From contig NC_068982.1 of NCBI RefSeq assembly GCF_001194135.2, forward strand, positions 175,599,342 through 175,640,145: a stretch of DNA of 40,804 nt, in the 5' to 3' direction. The stretch is from Octopus bimaculoides (Eukaryota). The notes under the pieces were generated by a model. The model was not told the DNA's origin. It saw only the letters and a list, made by a program, of their open reading frames with translations, and did not search any database. Positions 1 to 11,567 of the stretch are shown one piece after another (within the stretch, counting starts at the first letter, position 1; every line of letters starts with the position of its first letter). Position numbers and translations under genes: made by a program.

Positions 1-184
1 CACGTAAAAGCACCCACTACACTCTCTGAGTGGTTGGCGTTAGGAAGGGCATCCAGCTGTAGAAACTCTGCCAAATCAGACTGGAGCCTGGTGTTGCCAT
101 CCGGTTTCACCAGTCCTCAGTCAAATCGTCCAACCCATGCTAGCATGGAAAGCGGACGTTAAACGATGATGATGATGATGATGA
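1..184 (+). mobile_element. 3' end of an RTE-tail short retroelement (family C), cut by the window edge, (GAT)n tail
   Basis: GGTTGGCGTTAGGAAGGGCATCCAGC...CATGCTAGCATGGAAAGCGGACGTTAAAC(GAT)n; near-identical copies at 13071-13333 and 40623-40804; same tail on the RTE remnant at 7485-8160. Confidence 0.9.
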
Positions 185-2830
185 CACACATACCGCACAC
201 ATATATATGACAGGCTTCTTTCAGTGTCCATCTAATAAAACTACTCATATATGTTAACAAACATATATTGATACATACTGTATGTGTCTGTATATATATA
301 TGCAGTGAGATCAAATAGCTCCCAGACTAGTTATGTTTAATAAAAAATAAACTTATTTACCTATGCTTTAATATTATCTCCTTTAGAATAGTTACTTTGC
401 GCAGAAGACCATGGTGTTATCTCTATTGATAATCTGTGATGACATTTTAACAGAAGTATGAACAATGCTCTTGGGATATTTATATGACTGTTGGAAAACC
501 CCATAGATTATTAACAGACCATGACACTAATACCACTGGTAATGGAGCACAAACATTTAAACATGTAAAGTGAATAGGAAGCGCATCCACCAATGGGTAT
601 ATGCTAAACATGAAGTATACAAGCGAGATATTGTCCCCAAACACACACAAAATCAGTGACTCAAATAACTGGCTCAGACTGTGATGACACAACCAACAAT
701 ATGGAAACTCAGATGTAAAATTGCTAATTATGGTGACATTGCTAATACTACTAGAATCTTCAAAGACCATTGAAAATAACAATACATATAAGATGCTAAT
801 GTTTGTGTAAGGCAGTTATGTTTTTATTGTCTGATATTTATTCAATATTCCTGTATGTGAAACTCTGAGTTGGAGAGTTCTTATTTCATAGAGGTAAACA
901 CATAAATATATATGTATACACACACCTCTTAACCACTATTGTCTTTAGGACTACTCTGAGTAGTAACATCAGTCAAGGCTCCAGCTATGGATTTACTAGC
1001 ATGTGAACCACTGTGATTGAAGGACCCCCTAGTTCTTGTAAGAACCCCATTCTTATAAGAAGGTAAACTATGAGAAAGCTCTAATTGTCTGTTTTGGCAT
1101 GGTTGACTAGATAATGGAAACTACTATTCCTAAGGATCCCCCCAGACATATGAGGGAGTGTATTTTCTGTACATTCCAAGTGTTTATTATTGTACCTGCA
1201 AATCTGCCACACACACACATCATATAATTTGTATACTATATAGAGAGCAATGTAATTATTCTCATACACCTATTGTCCAATAAGCAGCACTAGCTGGTTA
1301 ATTCTGACAAACTGCATGTATTTAGAAGTTACCTCAGAGACCATACATGGTCCTGACTATACCAAAGCAGAATGAAACCTAACAAACTTGTCAAGCACAT
1401 GCTTTTTCTTGGATTTTTAATGTTTATATTTACCCACTGAATTCATTTACTCTTGTGAATCTTATGTAGTTTTTGTCTAATTTTTGACTGTGTTTCTAAA
1501 AATCACAAAATAGTGCCATGTTCCATCTTCTCTATACATCTGGAGACATTGAGAATAGATAGGAACTGTTGAAGAACTTCTGTATAAACTCTCATTGTTA
1601 GCTAAATTTGATCAAACATCATTACACCAAAGGTACCCCTTGAGGTAATGCACTTTTCTCCCTAATCATCTGATCTTTATTGAGAAATATAAAATTCCAA
1701 GTTTAAGGCTTAAAACATCTACTCTCACTTGTAGGGAGTTTGTTGATGGAAATTTGGCCTCTACTGTAAGCAAGTTATGCAAATATGGAGAATCTCCAGA
1801 ATGACTTTTCTGAAAAGGCTGAGTGCAATTTGATGATTGTACTTGGTAGATAATGTTAAACAACAACACGGTATCAGAGCCAACAACTCTGGAAACTGGT
1901 TAGATATTCAAGTAATTACATCAACTGATACACATTAAACTATATAAATATGAAAATACGATAAAACATACACTGAGAATAATTACAGTCTAAAAATAAG
2001 TGACACGTCTTTGACTAAAAGCAGAATTAGCAACTTATTATCATTATCTATTTTTCTCACCAGATACTGCAAATTAGGTATTGTTTAGCTTCAGGTCAGC
2101 CCTACTGAACAGTCAACACAATCATTCACATCCCTGTTTTTTCTTCTTCCACAGTGTATCTAGTACAACTTTATTCAATGTCTTTTAAGAAAGATTTGGC
2201 TATTATTTCTAGAAGGTTAAGTGACTAAGTAGGGACCACTCTTGTTGGTTTGAGAGTAGGGAATTCTTGGAATAGAACATTTGAAATTCAATATCCAGCC
2301 AGGACAAACTTTGCTTTTTGTCAAGAAAAATATTAAGCATGGACTAAGGCTGATTTAATTGATCAAAACCCTTCTTCAATAAATATGTGGTCTTCTGTCA
2401 GTGAGAGGAATCAACATCATCACTGCCATCGTCATCATCAGCCAATACCAATATTAGTGAAGTTGATGTTATCACAAGCAGTATCTAATGCACCATAACT
2501 TTCATTAAGTATCAAAAATAATGATGACAAGCCTCCTTCATCTACACAGCTTTTAGTTTCTTCTTAAAAAGCAACACTTTTAGTTCCTATTAAGATGATC
2601 ACAAAGATGAGAATAATGATGATGGTAGTGATAATGATGTCAAACTGTTGCAATTATTATCATCTCATAATTATTTATAATCACTGCTTCTGCCCTTGTC
2701 AATGTTATCACCAAATTTAAAATCATTATACTCATTGTTGCAATCATCATTTACAAAATTGCTTACAATGTTCAGGCTAGGCTTCAATGTACAGCTGCGT
2801 CTGTTCTGTGACCAGACTAATTAGTTACTA

Positions 2831-3008
2831 CATTTCTATATTTAAGAGATGAGGAATTATGTACATTATTTACATTTGACAGATATTTTTCTTCATCTTG
2901 TTTGCCATTAATACAACGTTTCGGCTGATGTACCCTCCAAACCTTCGACAGGTGTCTTGGGGAAATTTCGAACCTGGGTTCTCATTCCTAAGGTGTTGTT
3001 CGATGTTA

Positions 3009-3047
<39 letters not shown>

Positions 3048-3164
3048 TCACTGCCTGGAATTGAACTTGGAATCTTGGGGTTAGTATGCTCACGGGCATA
3101 TAGGGTAGTGGTTAAAAGCGCAGGCTACTAACCCCAAGATTCCGAGTTCGATTCCAGGCAGTGA

Positions 3165-3202
<38 letters not shown>

Positions 3203-3338
3203 TTAAACAATACCTTAGGAATGAGAACCCAAGTTCGAAATTTCCCCCAAGACACCTGATGAAGGCTGGAGGATATATCAGCTGAAACGTTGTGTTAATG
3301 ACAAACAAGATGAGGAAAAATATCATGTCAAATGTAAA
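2831..3338. mobile_element. Head-to-head inverted pair of a tRNA-headed SINE with a PLE-like 3' part, within one TSD
   Basis: Arms 2866-3086 and 3126-3341 are reverse complements; A-box-like TAGGGTAGTGG and B-box GTTCGATTCC in the + copy; internal (TAA)n; flanking direct repeat TAATTAGTTACTA at 2818-2830 and 3339-3351. Confidence 0.85.
3251..3296 (+). ncRNA. Minimal type I hammerhead ribozyme motif (PLE-like)
   Basis: Stem I GACAC/GTGTT, core CTGATGA, extra A, stem II GGCTG/CAGCT, GAAA, palindromic ACGT stem III, predicted cleavage after GUU (3291). Confidence 0.7.
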
Positions 3339-3439
3339 TAATTAGTTACTAATGATGATATTTTGAATTACATAATCAGTCTGTCAAAGGTTTGTCTCTC
3401 ACACCTGTATGTACTGACTCTTGAACCACTGAATGGTAA

Positions 3440-4050
3440 CCCATCCAAAATGGGATGAAGGAGAAGTGTAATTAGCATATGCAGATGATGTCAGCATAAC
3501 AGTGTCAAACATCATAGAAATTAAGGTAGTTAGCACAATTCTATATGAATATGAGGTAATGAATGAAGCAAAAATTAAGCTCGAGAATTTTCTGAGTTGC
3601 AGCCTATCCCAGAGAGTGTTTTGAGCTGTATGATCAATAAGCTACTTACATTGCTAGAAGTCTAGATAACTCAAAGGTTCAGGGTAGATAGGAACTAGAA
3701 TGAAATGATAAGCAAGATGGCCAGTCTCACTCAGAAATAAGCTGAGAGGAAGTCATTGCTGCAAGGTTGGTAATAGGTAGAAAGCACATAATCACTTTTG
3801 TCATATATTATCACCTGAATGTTGTACCTTGCACCAGGTTGTGCCTGATCAGATTGGAACATCAGCTCTTTTACTTCTTGTGAAAGGGAAGCATTCCATT
3901 AGCCTGGTAGTCAATGTGGCACCAATACCCTATACACAGAGACTGCAGCAATTGCAGAAACTTCTGGGCACTGAGCACAAGCAGTTGTCTTTGGTTAGGT
4001 ATGCTATCACAGTTTATCCCTTTGACAGAGCTGCGTCCTGTGTCAAATGA
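3440..4050 (+). mobile_element. Degenerate Tx1/L1-like LINE reverse transcriptase fragment
   Basis: LAYADDVSITVSNIIEIKVVSTILYEYEVMNEAKI (YADD at 3478-3489), followed by frameshifted thumb/C-terminal-like segments; many stops. Confidence 0.7.
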
Positions 4051-4079
4051 CACCAAATTGGCATCTGGAATGCTGTAAT

Positions 4080-4237
4080 GATTTAAGTTCAAATTCTACC
4101 AAGGTCAACTTTATCTTTAGGGGGTTGATAAAATAAGTACCCTTTAGGGGTTGAAAAAATGAGTACCAGTTGAGCACTGAGATCAATGAAATCGACTTCT
4201 CCCCCCTCAAAATTGCTGGCCCTGTGCCAAAATAAGG
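4080..4237 (+). mobile_element. 5'-truncated SINE family B (MESC/Meta-like central domain)
   Basis: GGTCAACTTT...GGGGTTGATAAAATAAGTAC...GTTGAGCACTG; matches other family B copies; internal ~26-bp tandem duplication. Confidence 0.75.
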
Positions 4238-4260
4238 CATTTGTTATTATTATAATTATT

Positions 4261-4293
<33 letters not shown>

Positions 4294-4822
4294 CAAATTA
4301 GGAAGCTGTTTCACTGTAGAAAGAAGATGGCCACCAAAAACATGATTTAGATTCGAAGTTGTTTTCAATTCATCTACAAAAGGATCAGCAGCATAAACAA
4401 CAATAGTGACAACAACAACAACAACAACAACAAAGAAACTAAAGAGATACTTAAGCTGGACCTGACCTTTTCTCTTAGAATGTTAAACACTATGTTTTCA
4501 GTTTGAAATATCTGAAATCTAAATTTCAAAATCCACTTACTACTACATTTGAACAGTAATGGTGGAAGGAAGTGGTAGAGAGGAGAGTGAGACAGACACA
4601 CACATCATAAATGGCAGCAGCTCAGTGATGGTGAAGTGTTAGAAATGATTCCATGTCAAGCTAGATGACAAGGATAGAGAAAATGTAAGTTCTACCTTGT
4701 TTTCAAAAGAGAATACAGATGTCTTGTAGCTGACACACTATCAGAAGAACGGTAATTCTGCAGCATCAGTTTTCTTCGGTATACAAACTTAACTAAATGA
4801 TGTTTGCTTATTTAGACCATAC

Positions 4823-5230
4823 TCTTTTCTCTCTTTTACTCGTTTCAGTCATTTGACTGTGGCCATGCTGGAGCACCGCCTTTAGTCGAGTAAATCAACC
4901 CCAGGACTTATTCTTTGTAAGCCTAGTACTTATTCTATCGGCCTCTTTTTGCCGAACTGCTAAGTTACGGGGACGTAAACACACCAGCATCGGTTGTCAA
5001 GCGATGTTGGGGGGACAAACACAAACACACAACATACATATATATATATATATATACATATATACGACAGGCTTCTTTCAGTTTCTGTCTACCAAATACA
5101 CTCACAAGGCTTTGGTCGGCCCGAGGCTATAGTAGAAGACACTTGCCCAAGGTGCCACGCAGTGGGAATGAACCCAGAACCATGTGGTTGGTAAGCAAGC
5201 TACTTACCACACAGTCATTCCTGCGCCTAT
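4823..5230 (-). mobile_element. SINE family A (tRNA head, internal TA/CA microsatellite)
   Basis: Minus strand reads GGCGCAGGAATGACTGTGTGGTAAG...GGTTCATTCCCACTGCGTGGCACCTTGGGCAAG; homologous to 26835-27212 and 29648-30122. Confidence 0.9.
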
Positions 5231-5278
5231 ACCATAACTAGTTTTCTCAAATTAATTTTGTATCTATAGAAAAAACTG

Positions 5279-5495
5279 GTTAATATTGGTTTCAAATTTT
5301 GGCACAAGGCCAGCAATTTCGGGGGAGGGGTAAGTCGATTACATTGACCCCAGTACTCAACTGGTACTTAGTTTATTGGTCCCAAAAGGATGAAAGGCAA
5401 AGTCAACCTTAGTGGAATTAGAACTCAGGACATAAAGACATGAAATGCTACGAAGCATTTTACTCAGTGTACTAACAATTCTGCCAATTTGCTGG
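5279..5495 (-). mobile_element. SINE family B
   Basis: Reverse complement of the family B body (CCTTTCATCCTTTTGGGACCAATAAACTAAGTACCAG...). Confidence 0.8.
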
Positions 5496-6372
5496 TTAAT
5501 ATTGATGTTGTGTAACACCAGTCAGCCCTAGTGATGAGTCTCTATGATATTGCTGAGGATAGGCTTTTTTGTTCAGCTTTAAGAATAGTAATTTTGCCCA
5601 GTTTTCAGATTTTCAAGATTTGTTAACGTTGGTACTATAGTTGGATATCTTTATAAATGCAGTAATGCATTCAAGCTTAATTTTTTTTAATGCATATGTT
5701 TGTTGTTTTGTCAGCCCCTTAGGCTTATGAGCCAGAATTTCCAATTTCATCTCTGATAGTAAGATGGATGAAACAAGTTTATGGTCTAGGTAGAAACTTG
5801 CTTGTGTTTCTATTTTTGCATGGATAGGAATCTGGAACTACATTATCCAATGTATCGTTCTTTTTCAAGAAGGCGAAACGTAATTTGAAAGTGATTTGGC
5901 TGCCATTTTCATAAATTCCCCATAGTTGCAATATTTATGTATGACGTGCAACTTTTCAAAAATGATGATGTTGTTTAGCCTTAGATAGGCCCTGATCAAG
6001 TTTATCTAAAATCATAAAATTCTATCTGGTACTATCATATTGTTTGGCTAAGCACTATGCAACCAGGTCTACATTATCTAATCAAAAAATTCATTTTTTC
6101 CCCTAAAAACTGGAAGGTTGGGATAGGAGATTGCTTGCTATTTTTAGTGGGTTGAGCAAACTGCATAGAGGTTTTGTCTGATGAGGATGATGATGGAGTT
6201 GATGATAATGAAAATTGTTGTTATTTCTGAGATAGGCATCAAACTTCAAATTCAGGCGATGGGTATAGTTGATCAAATTAACATAGTGGTACTTTGTTAT
6301 GGACTCTGGAAGGCTGAATGGGAAAGTTAGCCTCAGTAGGAGTTGAATTCAAAATGTAAAAAAAAAAAACAC

Positions 6373-6420
<48 letters not shown>

Positions 6421-6890
6421 GTGTTACTATGATAATAAAAATCCTGGCAATGACATAGATAATTTTATCGATTTTCTTTTTGTTTATATGATGTTTTCTT
6501 TTAGAGATAGAGGGGAAGAAGGTGGGTCAGATGAGCTGGGTATATTTTGCTGACAGTGCATCTTGTTTTTATAGATTAAAACTCACAATGAACAAAAAGT
6601 TTCCACAGAAACACCTGCCAGAATGTTAAAAAAAAATGAAGTAAATGAAATGAAAATGAGGATTCAGGCTAGCATTTCACTTCCTGTCAAAGTCAGCATT
6701 TTGAAGAAAATCCTAAATGGATTGGATGAAGCTTGTCTCATTCTATGTTGTGCCTCACATACCTCCTCCGTCATTGCTCAATGTTTGATATCATTCAATA
6801 AAAGCAAGGGAGGTAGATTGTTTCTGTAATGATATTAGTATCATACTAAGCTTATATATATAAGTATGTATACATATGTGTGTGTGTATG

Positions 6891-6920
<30 letters not shown>

Positions 6921-6921
<1 letters not shown>

Positions 6922-7280
6922 TTCGTTTTTGGATTTGGTTTGCAAGATTCTTTATGTGAGTTCATGTGTTGAAGCATATTCTGTTGTGTCTGGGGAGAGT
7001 CATTTTCTTTTTGTACCTTAAAATTTAACACACTCACCGGTAAAATTTCCACTTATTCCTATTTTTATTTTCCTAAAATTTCCATTGCATCTTACAACCT
7101 TTTCATGCATTCCTGAAGAAACGCAGTGTAAATAACAGACAGAGTCAAGACTATTGAAAACGTTGCAAGACGCAACAAAAATTTTAGGAAAATGAAAATA
7201 AGGAATAAGTGGAAATTTTACCGGTGAATGTGTTAAATTGTAAGGCATAAAAAGAAAATGACTCTCCCCAGACACAACAG
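6921..7280. mobile_element. Foldback/MITE-like element between (TA)n tracts
   Basis: ~125-bp inverted arms 6981-7105 and 7155-7280, 49-bp spacer; left arm extends ~60 bp further to the (TA)n at 6888-6920. Confidence 0.75.
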
Positions 7281-7290
7281 TATATATATA

Positions 7291-7470
7291 TGGCTGGGTG
7301 GTTAAGAAGCTCAATTTGCAATTGTATGGTTTTAAGTGCAGTTCCACTGCATGGCACCTTGGGAAAGTGTCTTCTACTACAACTCTGGGCCAACTAATGC
7401 CTTGTGCATAAATTTGGTAGACAGAAACTTTATGGAAGCAAATCGTGTGCATGTGTGTGTGTGTGTGTAT
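7291..7470 (+). mobile_element. Partial, diverged SINE family A
   Basis: TGGCTGGGTGGTTAAG...GGCACCTTGGGAAAGTGTCTTCTACTA...TTTGGTAGACAGAAAC. Confidence 0.75.
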
Positions 7471-7484
7471 GTATGTGTATTAAT

Positions 7485-8160
7485 ATCACCAACATTTGAC
7501 AGTCATTTTCTATGCTAGCATTGGTCGGACAAGTCATTTCTTATTGGGAGCTGTTGCTCTCATAAACTGGTGATCATGTGTGTTATATGTTTTGTTTTTA
7601 TGGCTGGATGTCCTCCCTATCACCAACTACATCAAATGTGTCCTCAGCATTCATGGCCCATGTTTCACTGCCATGTATCATGGCGGTTTGCACACATGCA
7701 TCATACAGTCTACCTTTTACCCTAAGCAAGAGGCCCTTAGTTGCCAGCAGAGATAGGAGCTCCCTAAACTTTGCCCAGGCTATTCTTACTCTAGTCACTA
7801 CACTCTCAGAGCAACCACCCCCACTACTGACTTGATCGCCTAGGTAGTGAAAGCTATTAACTACTAGTTTCTTCTCCTGGCATGTGATGGAATCTGTTTT
7901 CTGTACATCTTCAGATGCCCCTGTGCATCTGCCATACACAAAAACTATTTTTCGAGTTAATCTTCCTTTGATATTACTGCACCTTGTATGTGTCCATAGC
8001 TTACAACAGGTACATCGTATGGAGTTTCTACCCACGCCTTTTCTACAGATTGAGCAGGGCTATCTACCTGAAATGGGTTGTGATTTGACAGCCTTCCTAC
8101 TTACTAAGACTTTGGTTTTTGCTAGGTTAACCCAATTTGCTTCCCAGTCACATGTTCAAG
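7485..8160 (-). mobile_element. RTE-clade LINE remnant: RT C-terminus with Cys-rich insert, internal deletion, and 3' UTR
   Basis: VNLAKTKVLVS..PCSICRKGVGRNSIRCTCCKLWTHTRCS..SFHYLGDQVSSGGGCSESVVTRVRIAWAKFRELL..LYDACVQTAMIHGSETWAM, then a jump to a family C-like tail. Confidence 0.9.
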
Positions 8161-8377
8161 TATAAGTTTGTTTTATTTTAGCTCCTAAGCTGAAATATTA
8201 TTGGCTAAAACCAGCAAAGGTGGGGCTCTAGCATGGTGATAATTCACTGATTGAAACTAATAACAGAACATAGTATGTGTTGTTATGCATACACTATCAT
8301 AACATTGAAGCTAGGCTCATTGAATTCACTTGTGAGACATTATAAGTGTTAATAACTGTTAGTTTTTCACTGGTCCT

Positions 8378-8397
8378 TCATTTAATAACAATTTGGT
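8378..8397 (-). CDS. Speculative terminal coding exon (N-QIVIK-stop) of the minus-strand gene
   Basis: Strong acceptor TTTTTTGATTTTACTCTCTCAG; phase-1 compatible with exon 28839-28945; minus-strand AATAAA near 8173-8178. Only 6 codons. Confidence 0.2.
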
Positions 8398-8656
8398 CTG
8401 AGAGAGTAAAATCAAAAAATTCATTTTTATAAGTTGGTGAAAAGAGGAGGGGATGTGCTGATACTTAGCTTAAACATCTACTGGCCAGTGTCAAGTGGAA
8501 AACATGCTACGGAAAAGCTTCCAGAAGTTGCAGTTTTTGTCAGGAAAAATTTAGTAGTGTCATTAGCGTGGGATTTTGAAGAGTAGTCAGTTAGTTCAGA
8601 AACAAAAGAAGAAGAAGGAGGAGGAGGAGGAGGAGGAGGAAGAGGAGGCAGAAGGA

Positions 8657-8990
8657 GGAAACCACATATATATGGCCAAGCAGTTAAAGCAAGTTGGTGA
8701 GGAAGTTGTTGCTAACCATCTGAATGAATTTATTTTGTCAATGAGCAGGGGTGCAAAAGCATTCCAGAATATGGAAAAGGCATGACAAATGAAAATGTCA
8801 TCTATCCCGACCAACTGCAACTCCAAAGAGAAAATAGAAATTATAAACAAAAGGAGGTTGTCCTGAAAGATAAAACCAATATGTCCCACTCATTATTTAC
8901 AGTCTTTTGCATACATTAAATGGAATAGATATGTTTAAAGATAATATAGAGCTACAGCTGGCAATTAAGATCCTTAGCTGATAATGGGAG
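8657..8990 (+). mobile_element. Possible highly degenerate LINE RT N-terminal fragment
   Basis: AKQLKQVGEEVVANHL... and KPIC resemble the AEMLK.GE...WL / NYRPISL region of RTE-type RTs; weak. Confidence 0.3.
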
Positions 8991-9289
8991 CTAAGTAATT
9001 GGCTTGCATGTTGCAATGTATAAAGAATAGATTACATTATATATGTATATACTACAGTGGGTATATATCATTTGTTGTATAGTATTGCTGAAATAAGTTT
9101 GTGCTTGTATATTGCAGTGCATACTGTTGTGAATTCCTGTTCTCAATCTCAAGGTATAACATTTTAGCGAAAGAAACAAATGATGCTCATTAGATGGAAC
9201 CATTAGTGTGTTGGTAGCTCAGATGATTGAATAACTAGAAGTAGTCATCCAGGTATCATTTCAATCCTTCTTTCAAATAACTACTGAAA

Positions 9290-11210
9290 TCTTTTTAAAA
9301 ATATGTGTGAGGATTCATTCATGGATACTTTAATTCACAAGATCACAAAACTAGGTTCTCATAAGTCAACAAATCTTTGCTACCTACGGATGTACCTGGC
9401 TCTTTGTAGGTAAGCTGCCTCACTGAATATGTAGTAGTGATTTTCTAAAATGAATTGAAGTCAATCTATAATAGAATTCTTATCAATATAGTTTGGTAAT
9501 TCATAAGTAACTGAACCAAGCCAGATTTAATAGCTTTGATTCTGTAATTGTGTGGAATATTATTATATAAGTTTATAACATCAAACAAAGTAACAGAAAT
9601 ATTTTCATATACTAGATAGCTAAACATGCTAAGATCTCTTATAAAGCTTTGCATTTGTTTCAGGAAAGGTTTCAACAAAATGTCTAGAAAAGTATTTAAA
9701 TCATGTATCTTGCATATCAAGTGCACTGCAATGTGTCTAAATTTCAGAATATTAAATGATGGCATATTAAAATAAACTAGTCCTTATATTTTTCACATGA
9801 TTCAATGATGAATTTATTTTTGTTTATTTTGGTAACCCATAGATGATACCCTTTCCTATTTAACATTTGTAACAAAATCTAATTCATTATCTGTTTAAAA
9901 GTTTTGATACAAATGTGAGAAAGTAGATTGTGGCTTTCTCATAAGTGTACTGTCCCATAGAAAATTCAGTACAATATTTGTATAATAGTTGTGTCCCTAA
10001 CAACAGAACTTTTGTTATCAACTTCTTTTATAACAATATCTTTGTCTAATTCTAAATCAATCAAATGTGTCCATTGTTTCTGGTACATTTGGATTTTGTT
10101 GTCTTGTTTCTGTTGTTCCAGTTGGAATTGTTGAAATATGTTCCAAAATTCCTCAATGGCTACATTTTTTTTTTATATCAATATTAATTTTTGTTTTTAA
10201 CTAAAGATTTGTCATTATCTTTTTCTTAAAACGATTGTTCTGCAAGTCTAACTGTAGCTTATTTTGAAATTTTCTTTGGTAATTAGACCATGGCATTGTA
10301 TTTGTTGAATAGTTTCCGAATAATTTTCCATACTGTTGTTAATCTTTAAGAATAGACTTCTCAAAGTGTATTTGTTTATAAGTTCATCATCATAGGTTAA
10401 AAATCAATTTTCACCTCTTTGTTCTTGCATTGTTGCCTTCATAATTTCTCATACGTTTGTTGGGAGGAAATTTCAGTTCTAATTTTCTCATCACTTTCTT
10501 TGTATTTCTCTTCCTTTGCATCTGCTCACAGGTTTTGTTAATCCCATTTCTTTTATTCATTTTATAAAGCTACAATTTTTGGTATAGTTTTTCTTTTCCT
10601 GATATTCTGGTGCTTCATTTATAATTCTAAGATGTAACTTCCTTGGTGCAAGCCATAGAGTTGAGGTTGACCAATATCTATAGACTTCCATTTTGGTTTG
10701 ATTTCTCAGTATATTCCAAACGGTGAATTTCTTTAAGATAAAGTTTATATTTCTTGTATAATCCATTTTTTTCTTTATAAAGACAGTAGCTCTAAGAATA
10801 TTTCCAGATGCATTAGTAGATGCTAAATCATCTTGTGTTAGCCTTGTCTGAATGATTGTTTCAAAATTTCTGCATAAGAGTTCTGTATTATTACTGACCA
10901 ATGGAGGCACATAGCCTAGTGGTTAGAGTCTCTCGCCACAACTTTCTCTCACTCTTTCCTCCAGCATCTAGCAGCTCATATGTGATGGACCACTGTCCCA
11001 TCCAGGTGGAGAACCTATATGCCAATGAAACCAGGAAACCAGCCCTTATGAGCCAGGCATGGCTCGAGAAGGAACAAACACCAACACTATTACTGACCTG
11101 AGTTTGTGATTGTTTACTTTTTCTCTTAAGTTATAATCCCTTGAAAAAGTATGAAATTCATCCAGTCTTTCAGGTACAACACAATTTCTTTCTAATTTCT
11201 TTAAGAGCCT
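9290..11210 (-). mobile_element. Degenerate Penelope-like element RT region
   Basis: Collinear motifs: DIVIK.VD (IVIKxADKG-like, ~10030), IYGLPK (~9835), FLDILLKPFLKQMQSFIRD..FDVINLYNNIPH (ORF 9466-9765), ILENHYYIF..YLQ (~9420); upper boundary uncertain; interrupted at 10900-11087. Confidence 0.8.
10900..11087 (+). mobile_element. Internally deleted tRNA-headed SINE inserted in the PLE remnant
   Basis: Head TGGAGGCACATAGCCTAGTGGTTAGAG; AAC-type tail; TSD TATTACTGACC at 10889-10899 and 11088-11098. Confidence 0.75.
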
Positions 11211-11567
11211 CCTCACAATTTTTTTCTATTTTTTTTTTTTGTCTTTTGAGCATGAGATTTCTCTGCTTCCTCCGCCCCAACAATGGAATACCAATGAGTA
11301 AACAATATATAAAGAAATAAAGAAATACAATTAAAAACGGATGTCAGCCAAAATTAAATACATTTTCGGCTTGTAACTTCATTATTCAATATGTCCTTCA
11401 TGTCTGTGATTTGAAGGAGATTTGGTTGTAATTTCAAGAACATACGACCACACATAAACTAACTTTACACATTGTTGACCAGTGTTTGACAGTAAATTTG
11501 GTAGAGAGAAACTACACTAAGACCTATTTCTTGTCTGTGTTTACATTTACACAAGTCAAAACAAAAC

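Noticed and set aside
387-782. 100-aa minus ORF and a + strand RRPWCY..KYEQC kringle-like string
   Set aside because: No recognisable domain or good splice sites; the kringle-like frame has three stops and lacks NYCRNPD
1870-1881. GGTATCAGAGCC, like a Copia tRNA-iMet PBS
   Set aside because: It matches the plant-type iMet end rather than the animal one, and no LTR pair or gag follows
6761-6821. Minus-strand 61-nt segment with AG and GTATGT boundaries
   Set aside because: Stops in all three frames; no supporting neighbours
7106-7168. CTGAAGA...GAAAACGT in the foldback spacer as a hammerhead
   Set aside because: No convincing stem II, and stem I does not abut the core
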